From: a virus
DNA: 64,000 bases
Strand: one strand, 5' to 3'
Virus record (IMG/VR): IMGVR_UViG_3300024503_000332
Positions 56,699 through 64,000 of the stretch are shown here, piece after piece (position 1 is the first letter of the stretch; every line of letters begins with the position of its first letter). The translations under genes and the position numbers were made by a program. The notes beneath the pieces are model-generated. The model worked only from the letters and a program-made list of their open reading frames with translations, was not told the DNA's origin and ran no database searches.

Positions 56699-57526
56699 TT
56701 ATTTTATTTCGCCGAATGGTTTCCATTGTCCCGGAGTTCCGCCTTGCACACAGACCCAACCCATATAGGATCCTGTTGCAGGTTCCGAGTTCCATACGAC
56801 ATCTCCTCTATTGTATGTACCATCAATAGGGAAAGTGTTATCTTTAAAGTGAGCGACACCGTTGAATTTGATTGGCCCTGCAGCATCGAGGCTCATACGA
56901 GAATCGATATTATTAACACCGATACCTACAGCACCATGTACTTTGACTTTTATAGGACCACTTTGTTTGTTTCCTAGATCGATATTTCCATTAGCACCAA
57001 CAGTGATTCTTGTTTTGTTATCAGTGACTATGCTAAGATCACTGCTGTTATATGTTCCGATAAGGCCGTTAACAAAGTCTTGGCTTCCAATAACGATTTC
57101 TGTTTGACCGTCAGCTACTGTAAATGTAGCGTGGGGAGTTTCTGTTCCGATGCTAAGACTGTCTAGTCCTGCATTATAGAACATGTATTGGTTGACACTA
57201 AACGAACCGTCAACATCGAGATTTTTTAATCTACCAACTTCTCGAAGATTACTCTTAACGACATTTTTACCTAGTCCGTTTTGATTTATAACTTCAATGC
57301 CGTTTATGTTTAGACTTTTACCTTCTGCTAGTTCTAGAGTTTCTGATAAAAATATTCTATCGGGATTGCTTCTAAACACTAACTGCTTATTGTAATCGTC
57401 TCTTAGCCAAAGTATACCTTTGTTTTCGATATCCTCAAACTCTATGAAGTCGTTGACTATTGTGGCCTTTGTCGAAACAAGGTCCTTGATTTGTTGTACT
57501 ACTGAATCTACTTTATCGTTGGCCAT
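56699..57526 (-). CDS. Probable virion protein (paralog of the adjacent gene)
   Basis: VVKSNLREVGRL; C-terminal GDVVWNSEP...GWVC...PGQWKPFG. Confidence 0.7.
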   Translation of the reverse strand: MANDKVDSVVQQIKDLVSTKATIVNDFIEFEDIENKGILWLRDDYNKQLVFRSNPDRIFLSETLELAEGKSLNINGIEVINQNGLGKNVVKSNLREVGRLKNLDVDGSFSVNQYMFYNAGLDSLSIGTETPHATFTVADGQTEIVIGSQDFVNGLIGTYNSSDLSIVTDNKTRITVGANGNIDLGNKQSGPIKVKVHGAVGIGVNNIDSRMSLDAAGPIKFNGVAHFKDNTFPIDGTYNRGDVVWNSEPATGSYMGWVCVQGGTPGQWKPFGEIK

Positions 57527-57527
57527 A

Positions 57528-58322
57528 TTATTGATTTCCAATCTTACCAAATGGTTCCCAACGTCCGGGATTTCCTGAGGTAATACATACCCAACCGACG
57601 TATGAACCTTCTCTAGGTTGTGTATTCCATATTACATCACCTACACCATGTATACCTGACGTAGGCGGAGCATTATTATATCGATGTACTCTGCCTTCGT
57701 ATTTTATAGCACCGGCAACATGAAGATCAACATCTGTATCCGGATTAGCGACTCCAACAGCTAGTTTTCCATTTACTATTACTTGTACTGGTTCTTCGTT
57801 TGGGCTACCGAAAGAGACGTTTCCTTTTTCATCTATCAGTATTCGTGTTGTCGACAAAGTACCAATAGAAAGGGGACCTGAGCTCGTTCCAATGCGTCCA
57901 GGGTTTAAGTTTAGGTCTGCTCCTGATTCTTCTAAGGTTATGAATCCTTTAGGATCACTGGTTCCTAGACCTACTTTTTTATTAACATTATCAAAGTAAA
58001 CAAACTGATCCAACACTACTGGACCGTCAACTATTAGTCCAGTTAATCTTCCTAGCTGTTCTAGATTGCTTTTAACTACGTTATCGCCCAGCGAATCTGC
58101 AGATAACACTGGAGTGCCATTTATTGAGAAAACTTTATCTTTTCCTAGATCAAGGCTTTCTGTAGACAGAAAACGATCTGGGTTTACTGTGAATAAGAAC
58201 TGTTTTGTAGGTCCGTCGCCGGCCCAAACAAAACCTTTTCCGACGATATCTCCGTCGAAAGTTTTATGGTCAGTTAATAGCTCACGCAACGACTTCGCTA
58301 GGTCTTCCATTTGTTTAGACAT
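57528..58322 (-). CDS. Probable virion protein (paralog of the adjacent gene)
   Basis: VVKSNLEQLGRL; GDVIWNTQP...GWVC...PGRWEPFG; TAAATA upstream. Confidence 0.7.
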   Translation of the reverse strand: MSKQMEDLAKSLRELLTDHKTFDGDIVGKGFVWAGDGPTKQFLFTVNPDRFLSTESLDLGKDKVFSINGTPVLSADSLGDNVVKSNLEQLGRLTGLIVDGPVVLDQFVYFDNVNKKVGLGTSDPKGFITLEESGADLNLNPGRIGTSSGPLSIGTLSTTRILIDEKGNVSFGSPNEEPVQVIVNGKLAVGVANPDTDVDLHVAGAIKYEGRVHRYNNAPPTSGIHGVGDVIWNTQPREGSYVGWVCITSGNPGRWEPFGKIGNQ

Positions 58323-58362
58323 ATTGGGTTCCAAATACTTATTAGATATTTATCCCCAAAAG

Positions 58363-58388
58363 AAAAAGCAGGCCGAAGCCTGCTTTTT
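58363..58388 (-). terminator. Intrinsic terminator, potentially bidirectional
   Basis: AAAAAGCAGGC-TTCG-GCCTGCTTTTT. Confidence 0.85.
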
Positions 58389-58405
58389 ACTGAGCCATTA
58401 CTTTG

Positions 58406-59617
58406 TTATTGTACTTTAAGCAATACAGTATCTTCATTAATGCGCCCGTTGAGCTTGATATCTACTGCTTTAATGTCTTCTAAGAACTTACGCAGAGCTA
58501 CTTTTCCTGAACTCTTAAACTCTTTAAGTTGTTCATCGGGCTTGCGCAGAGTTTTTTGTACGCTCTTGTTCTCGTCAAACCCAATCAATGTAGTTCCTTT
58601 TACACGGATATCGTTGTAGGCAGCAGCCACATACTTTCCTAGCTTACGAGTTTTGGTGTTATAGACCCACACTTCTTGTGATCCAATGATGTCCGCAGGA
58701 TTGATAGACACTAGTTTGAGCTGGTCGTCGGTCTTTTTGTACTTCAACTTAGCAACAAGTTTGTCTTTGCTAACAGCTTTCTTAGCACGTGGTTTGCGAT
58801 TGACTTTACCTTCTTGCTGTAGCATTTCGCAGGCACTAAGGATTTCATGATAGAAATCGTAGAGCTTCTTGAGATTCTTTTTACCTAGCCAAGCATAACC
58901 TTCTTTAAGCTGATCGTCTTTGCCCTCGATAGCTTCTGCTACTTCGTCATGAGCACGTTGATACAAATCCTTAATAACTCGAGCATGTGCCCCTTTGCAT
59001 TCGCGACCTTTGAGCAGATTAACGATCTTGATGGCTTTAGGATCAAAGCTATCCGGATCTAGTAAGAAGCTTTCGTGAGCATCTTCGATTTCTGTAGTCA
59101 TAGCGTAGGCAGCTTCACGAAGTCGATCTTGGATAGAAAGCACAACTCCAGTATCTTTTTTCTCAGTAACTTCTTCCTCTTCTTTGATAGTCTTACCACG
59201 TTCGATGGCGTCAGCGATACGTTCACGGAGAAATATAGTTACAGGTTTGAGCTCGCCCATGGTTCCGGGAAGTTCTTCCCAATGTTTGGCTTCTTTTTCG
59301 TTAAGATCGGGCATACCGGTGCGCAGACAACGAGCGATGATAGCAGCCTGCGTGAGGTTGAATCCGCCTGATTGTTTGATATATTTGATATCTTCTGCGC
59401 TATACTTGTTTTCTTTCATCCAAGCATAGACATCTGGCAGGAGATCTGCTGTTTTGTATTCAGCATAGTAATAGGCTACAGCATTACGACGGAAGCGATG
59501 ATACTCCTCACCGGTCATCTTTTCCCAATCAGCCCACTTCGGATCAGGATTCGCACCGCGGCGAGTACCTGCCGAAACAGAAACTTTCTTGGGTTTTGCT
59601 TTAGTCACAGCCATCAC
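58406..59617 (-). CDS. Hypothetical protein with its own promoter and terminator
   Basis: 403 aa; basic C-terminal domain (KTLRKP...NGRINE). Confidence 0.8.
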   Translation of the reverse strand: MMAVTKAKPKKVSVSAGTRRGANPDPKWADWEKMTGEEYHRFRRNAVAYYYAEYKTADLLPDVYAWMKENKYSAEDIKYIKQSGGFNLTQAAIIARCLRTGMPDLNEKEAKHWEELPGTMGELKPVTIFLRERIADAIERGKTIKEEEEVTEKKDTGVVLSIQDRLREAAYAMTTEIEDAHESFLLDPDSFDPKAIKIVNLLKGRECKGAHARVIKDLYQRAHDEVAEAIEGKDDQLKEGYAWLGKKNLKKLYDFYHEILSACEMLQQEGKVNRKPRAKKAVSKDKLVAKLKYKKTDDQLKLVSINPADIIGSQEVWVYNTKTRKLGKYVAAAYNDIRVKGTTLIGFDENKSVQKTLRKPDEQLKEFKSSGKVALRKFLEDIKAVDIKLNGRINEDTVLLKVQ

Positions 59618-59647
59618 ATGCTCCTATGTAAGTTAAACAATACATAT

Positions 59648-59676
59648 ATTATACGGCCAAAAAAGAGATTTGTCAA
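59648..59676 (-). promoter_or_regulatory. Consensus sigma70 promoter
   Basis: TTGACA-17 nt-TATAAT. Confidence 0.8.
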
Positions 59677-59678
59677 CC

Positions 59679-59867
59679 TTATTCAAATCGTTCTACTTCG
59701 TCCAAATCGCCGTCTTCATTTTCTTTATATATGATAGTTTGGATATAATCGGTTCCAATACTATCTTCGGCTAACTTAACCGCTTCTTTTCTACTGCTAG
59801 TCGTTTCGATCAACTCTTCGTGACCCCGTTCGTCGACTCCCCAAACTTCATAGAGTTCGAAGTTCAT
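59679..59867 (-). CDS. Hypothetical protein
   Basis: 62 aa acidic ORF. Confidence 0.6.
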   Translation of the reverse strand: MNFELYEVWGVDERGHEELIETTSSRKEAVKLAEDSIGTDYIQTIIYKENEDGDLDEVERFE

Positions 59868-59891
59868 TTTATTGCCATTTCTCCTATTAGG

Positions 59892-60440
59892 TTAAACAAA
59901 CTTTTTCCAATCTCCATCAGGCGCAACTGCCCAACCAAGACGTTGGAGATCATTCCGGATCTCGTCGGTTATGCACCCTTCTGCAACATAGTTTCTACCA
60001 TCCCAAAGTTTGTTCTCTTCTTCATCATGTGATACATCACGAATACCAGAACAATACCAATCGATATAATCACCTTTCTGTTGCATGTCGGCGATTATGC
60101 CACCAGCATATCGCCAAGAGCAACTCCATTCTTCTTGTTTGAGCACAGGTATAACTTCCAAACGGATAAAGCCATTGTTGCACATTGCCGCATATAAGTT
60201 TTGAGCGTAGGCATCATTGTTTCGAGCTTTCTCCAAAATCCAATCAGTAGTCACAAGATCGTACTCCAAATTGTTAATACGAGATTCTGGATCGTCAAAC
60301 TTGCGGTTGTCATCATCTAGGATTTTTTGAAAGTAATCTAGATACGCTTCGTTAGGCTCTTCGCCTTTTTCTTCCATGCGTTTGATATAACCTTCTTTTT
60401 GGAAAGTATGTCTTTCAGGGCTTTTTGAAACCTTTGACAT
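59892..60440 (-). CDS. Hypothetical protein
   Basis: YAQNLYAAMCNN, SCSWRYAGG, DYIDWYCSG. Confidence 0.75.
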   Translation of the reverse strand: MSKVSKSPERHTFQKEGYIKRMEEKGEEPNEAYLDYFQKILDDDNRKFDDPESRINNLEYDLVTTDWILEKARNNDAYAQNLYAAMCNNGFIRLEVIPVLKQEEWSCSWRYAGGIIADMQQKGDYIDWYCSGIRDVSHDEEENKLWDGRNYVAEGCITDEIRNDLQRLGWAVAPDGDWKKFV

Positions 60441-60828
60441 CTTCTACGGCTTTCTTAAGAGTTTCTGCATAGTTAAGAGCTTGTTGCTCAGTCATAGCGA
60501 TAGTAGTTTCACACTGCACGTATCCTTTAGTCCAGATTCTCCATGTAAGGCGAAGTCTAGTTACAAGGCCATTCCAGAGATCTTTCCAGAACCAATCAAA
60601 CTCTTGTTGCCAAGGACTATCGATATCATAACGCTTTTTAACTGATTCAGTCCAATAATCAGTCTTAGCGGTAACATAGGTGTTGACATTGACACCGGTT
60701 TCGTCTGCTTCTACTTCTACAGTTAGAGAATGATCGGGCTGACCACAGCCACAGACGACGCTGTACCATTTTGAATCACCCCAATCGTGGGTTTTCAAGA
60801 TTCCTTCTGCTGGTTCTTGTGCTTTCAT
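60415..60828 (-). CDS. Hypothetical protein
   Basis: CGCGQPDH motif. Confidence 0.7.
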   Translation of the reverse strand: MKAQEPAEGILKTHDWGDSKWYSVVCGCGQPDHSLTVEVEADETGVNVNTYVTAKTDYWTESVKKRYDIDSPWQQEFDWFWKDLWNGLVTRLRLTWRIWTKGYVQCETTIAMTEQQALNYAETLKKAVEDVKGFKKP

Positions 60829-61073
60829 TGTAGTGTCCTATCGTTGCCTTTACCAAAGGCACGAACTAATCTTTCTCTATCATCGTCATCCATCTCGTCG
60901 AAATCTTCTTCGGTTAAAGGACGACCGATGCTTTCTAGTTCTTCTTTGGTCTTACCTTCAAACATATTTTTGATTTCGTTTATGAACTCATCGAGTTCTT
61001 CTTGTGTCCCCTCGAATCCGTCGAAAGCACCTGGTGCAAACTCGACTTTCAGGATTTTCTTTTCTTCAGTCAT
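60825..61073 (-). CDS. Hypothetical acidic protein
   Basis: 82 aa, very Asp/Glu-rich. Confidence 0.65.
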   Translation of the reverse strand: MTEEKKILKVEFAPGAFDGFEGTQEELDEFINEIKNMFEGKTKEELESIGRPLTEEDFDEMDDDDRERLVRAFGKGNDRTLQ

Positions 61074-61292
61074 TTATGCTTCTATCCTTTTAACTTTGTC
61101 ACGCGAGTCGTAGATTGATTTAACCATGCGTTGGTATTCATCTTCGTCCAAGATTGTCCGGTAGTATGTAAGTCCTTGCGTAACCATAATGGCTGCTACT
61201 TCTAATGGGCTATGATCTTCCATCATGAGAGTATTAAAAGACATAAACTTCTCATAAAGACTTTCTAGACTACCATCGCGTTCTGTCAGCAT
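61074..61292 (-). CDS. Hypothetical protein
   Basis: Start MLTERDG after an AAAGGA SD. Confidence 0.6.
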   Translation of the reverse strand: MLTERDGSLESLYEKFMSFNTLMMEDHSPLEVAAIMVTQGLTYYRTILDEDEYQRMVKSIYDSRDKVKRIEA

Positions 61293-61455
61293 TGTTGTTC
61301 CTTTGATGTTTGTATTCTCTCTTGAGCCACCATTTAAACTTCTGGAAATATTCTTCATATGTGTATTTAGGTATCCTGGATTCAAAATGCTCGTCGCAGT
61401 TATCTAACCAAAGGTTTCTAACCCAGTTCCTAAATGGTGAAGATTTCATGTCCAT
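61270..61455 (-). CDS. Hypothetical protein
   Basis: 61 aa, Trp-rich. Confidence 0.6.
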   Translation of the reverse strand: MDMKSSPFRNWVRNLWLDNCDEHFESRIPKYTYEEYFQKFKWWLKREYKHQRNNNADRTRW

Positions 61456-62261
61456 AGTGATTGACGTATTTTAATAAGACGAATCATCATTTCTTCGTCT
61501 TCGTTCTCATATTGTAGTTCCAGTTTGTTGATTGTGTCAAGAGCTTTTCGTGATTCGGTTTTTTCTTTTTTAGTTTCGTCTTCTGGAAATATTTCGTCTG
61601 GATACTGTTTACGGCGACGTTCGCAGATATCATGCCAACCAGAAACTTCATAAGGATCCGGACGCTTTGGGCGTTCGTACTTCCACCACTTATAAAGGAT
61701 TTCGATTTCCTTAGCAGCTTCTGCCTGTGCAGTAGGTACAGCTTCGTGCTTCTTATCCTCGTCCAAAAACTCTGCATTGGTCAGGGTTTTAGCCCAAGCA
61801 CAGTAGGCCATAGCGGCTTCTTCCGAACGCCAGTTACGATACCATCGGCGCCACCAAGGATAGCTATACTTCTTGCGAGCTTCGCTGTCCCATACACAGT
61901 AGTTCCATGCTAGTTCCACTTCAACAAAATCAACCAGCTCATTGAATAAGCAAGGCAAAAAGCGGTTCCCCACGTCTTGCCAGCTGCCAGGTTTAATATC
62001 CCTGGGATGAGCGGTAAGAGCATGAGTGCGAGTAACAAAGCGGTTGTTAATGTAGTATCGAACATCGTTAATCCTATCAGGAATCCACATCCAAACGTCC
62101 TGGATGTAGTCAAGCCCTTCCTCTGCTAACCAATAGCGGAAAGGGTGTTTTTCTTTGGAGGCACGTTTCCACTGAGCCCATCCTTTAGATGTCTCAGCTG
62201 TAGGTTTATTTGAACCACGCAACCAATCTGCGAATCGTGAACAAGTCCAATAGTTTCTCAT
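61446..62261 (-). CDS. Hypothetical Trp-rich protein
   Basis: 271 aa; first gene after a consensus promoter. Confidence 0.75.
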   Translation of the reverse strand: MRNYWTCSRFADWLRGSNKPTAETSKGWAQWKRASKEKHPFRYWLAEEGLDYIQDVWMWIPDRINDVRYYINNRFVTRTHALTAHPRDIKPGSWQDVGNRFLPCLFNELVDFVEVELAWNYCVWDSEARKKYSYPWWRRWYRNWRSEEAAMAYCAWAKTLTNAEFLDEDKKHEAVPTAQAEAAKEIEILYKWWKYERPKRPDPYEVSGWHDICERRRKQYPDEIFPEDETKKEKTESRKALDTINKLELQYENEDEEMMIRLIKIRQSLWT

Positions 62262-62288
62262 AGTCTTTTCTCTTAGCTGAACAACTTA

Positions 62289-62317
62289 ATTATATGATAA
62301 AACAAAAAACTTGTCAA
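62289..62317 (-). promoter_or_regulatory. Consensus sigma70 promoter
   Basis: TTGACA-17 nt-TATAAT. Confidence 0.8.
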
Positions 62318-62334
62318 GATGGTTCAAAAACGAA

Positions 62335-62721
62335 TCAAAACTTTTTTTGGTATCCTGCTAGATTGAGCATGATAGAATACTGTTCATAGGCTTTTTGGAC
62401 TGCGGCATTTTGATGTCTGATAGTAGCTTCTTCCCGTTCTTTGCTCATTAGCATATCAAAGAAGTCAACTTCATGTTTAGTGTGCTGTTGCCATTTAAAA
62501 AACCTCTTCTCGAGTTCTATCAAGGTTCTTAAACGACTTTCAGGTATTTCTAGTGTGAACACACGTTCAGTTTCGTATTCCACTACATCATTTCTAATAA
62601 TACTGGCGTTCTCAGGTTCAGTAAAAAACCGGGGAGGATGGTACCTCGCCCGGCGCTTAGTGTCATTGAGAACCCTAACTTCGTAGTTCTTGCAGAACTC
62701 GTCTAGGTGTTCTTTTTCCAC
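62335..62721 (-). CDS. Hypothetical protein
   Basis: 128 aa ORF. Confidence 0.7.
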   Translation of the reverse strand: MEKEHLDEFCKNYEVRVLNDTKRRARYHPPRFFTEPENASIIRNDVVEYETERVFTLEIPESRLRTLIELEKRFFKWQQHTKHEVDFFDMLMSKEREEATIRHQNAAVQKAYEQYSIMLNLAGYQKKF

Positions 62722-62722
62722 A

Positions 62723-63400
62723 TCAGTCCCTTTTGACTCCGATAATCTGTAGTAGATTGATAAAGAGGTTGATGAAATCCATATAAAGAGTCAATGCTCC
62801 TAAGACTTCTTCACGGCCTGTATCTGAGTCTACACTGACCATTTCGCGGATTTGTTGTGTATCGTAGGCAGTTAAGCCTAAGAAGATCACGATGGCCAAT
62901 GCGGAGATCACCATCTGCATCACGGTGCTACCAATAAAGATGTTAACAATACTGGCAATACAAATGGCGATCAAACCAATAAACATAAACTGACCGACAC
63001 TTTCAAGGCTACGTTTAGTAAAATATCCATACCCGCTCATAGTTACGAATAAGATACTAGCACCAAAGAAAGCCGATACTACAGAACCTAGCGTGAATAC
63101 TGCGAAGAAGGCGCTGATACTCAGCCCCATCAACGCGGCAAACGCCATTAGGAATAACTGTAGCTGTGTCTTATTAAAGTTTTCCTGTGCAAAGGCAAAC
63201 GCTAGAATAGCGACCAGTGGCAGGAAAATAGTTACATACTGCATAAAACCTGTGAAAAAGAATGATAACAGTGCAGGTGAGCTTGCGACTCCTGCAGCGG
63301 TCAACATACTGATAATCACAGCAGTGAGCATATTATTATAGACACGCAACATAGCTGAGTTAACGGCTGCTGCATCTCTATATGTACTTGTTGCAAACAT
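62723..63400 (-). CDS. Bax inhibitor-1/YccA family membrane protein
   Basis: About 7 TM; LTAYDTQQI, GALTLYMDFINLF. Confidence 0.9.
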   Translation of the reverse strand: MFATSTYRDAAAVNSAMLRVYNNMLTAVIISMLTAAGVASSPALLSFFFTGFMQYVTIFLPLVAILAFAFAQENFNKTQLQLFLMAFAALMGLSISAFFAVFTLGSVVSAFFGASILFVTMSGYGYFTKRSLESVGQFMFIGLIAICIASIVNIFIGSTVMQMVISALAIVIFLGLTAYDTQQIREMVSVDSDTGREEVLGALTLYMDFINLFINLLQIIGVKRD

Positions 63401-63414
63401 GATATCTCCTTAAG

Positions 63415-64000
63415 TTAATCACTAATAAAGTCTACACTCATTGGGAACACTTGGGCAATGACCTGAGCACACATTTGGGCGATTTCCCTGTGTTCTTTTT
63501 GGGTTCCATTGCCCGAACGCAGTTCGATGAAGTGTACCCAACTGCGAAGAGTCCCATTCATATATAGTCTGCTTTCGATCAAACCCTCTGGTAATACAGC
63601 GCGAGCTTGTTCTTTGGCTATGCCATTAGCGATAGCCCACTCGTATTCTCGTTTGGCTGCATAGATGACTCGTTGCTGAGCTCGGTACCATTCGTTTTGT
63701 AACAGTTGATCATCCACTTCGACGCTATTCTGTCTGTTTTTGTCGTCTTGAAGTCGTGCTTCTCTTGTAACAAAGTTAAGGTCTTTAGTTGGGTCAGCAT
63801 AGCGTTGACTGAACTCTTGGAAGCTAAAGCTTCTGTGTCGCAGGATTTGTCTTGCGATGTCTCTGGTTGTTGTGATTTCGACACAGGCTGAGACCATTTC
63901 GAGTGGTGACCAGTGTTTGTGTTTGACCAAGTATCTGATGAGTTTTTCTGATGTCTCGGTGTTAAACTGATTGCTGGGATTGCTGACACGGGCGCAATAC
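63415..64000 (-). CDS. thyX: Flavin-dependent thymidylate synthase (5' end outside window)
   Basis: HWSPLE, RHRSFSFQEFSQRY, EQARAVLP, TQKEH; the frame stays open to the window edge (YCARVSNP). Confidence 0.93.
   Translation of the reverse strand, partial: YCARVSNPSNQFNTETSEKLIRYLVKHKHWSPLEMVSACVEITTTRDIARQILRHRSFSFQEFSQRYADPTKDLNFVTREARLQDDKNRQNSVEVDDQLLQNEWYRAQQRVIYAAKREYEWAIANGIAKEQARAVLPEGLIESRLYMNGTLRSWVHFIELRSGNGTQKEHREIAQMCAQVIAQVFPMSVDFISD

Noticed and set aside
1-64000. Stop-codon reassignment, tRNAs, CRISPR arrays or IS elements
   Set aside because: Genes are intact and tightly packed under the standard code; intergenic gaps are short and I saw no cloverleaf, repeat-spacer or transposase signatures by eye
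1-64000. Interpretation as a bacterial chromosome because of guaC, clpA, def, dnaJ and erpA
   Set aside because: These genes are interleaved with PolB, T4-like clamp and loader, lysis and tail genes, with phage-like density and strand bias

Overview
This window is a gene-dense, almost entirely minus-strand segment of a large (jumbo-type, distantly T4-like) dsDNA tailed phage. Spanins, a GH19 endolysin, ErpA, ClpA, GuaC and sigma70-type promoters suggest a Gram-negative, probably proteobacterial, host. In coordinate order it contains: (1) 0-9.6 kb, a guanine/7-deazaguanine metabolism cluster (HIT, PRTase, cupin, MBD4-like glycosylase, GuaC, FolE, GT-B glycosyltransferase, QueD-like T-fold protein, TGT/DpdA-like transglycosylase); (2) a sliding clamp, family B DNA polymerase and DsbA-like protein; (3) 13.8-19.4 kb, a block of probable capsid-internal proteins with T4 CTS-like N-termini and Glu-delimited modules; (4) ClpA, peptide deformylase and DnaJ; (5) a lysis cassette; (6) PhoH, clamp loader, TagD, S11 peptidase, MazG-like protein, Ugd, GroES and a DnaE fragment; (7) 35-53 kb, baseplate and tail fibre genes; (8) UvsE, glycosyltransferases, QueD, hypothetical proteins, a YccA/BI-1 protein and ThyX (partial). 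Near-consensus sigma70 promoters and recurrent TAAATA late-promoter motifs are visible. The most interesting candidates are a possibly glycosylating 7-deazaguanine modification pathway, pseudoknot/hairpin leaders upstream of queD, folE and the DNA polymerase, and a capsid-packaged enzyme/polyprotein cluster. I saw no tRNAs, CRISPR arrays or transposases. All calls come from motif recognition by eye; no searches were run. Several start codons were moved from the ORF track on the basis of SD sites and stop/start overlaps.
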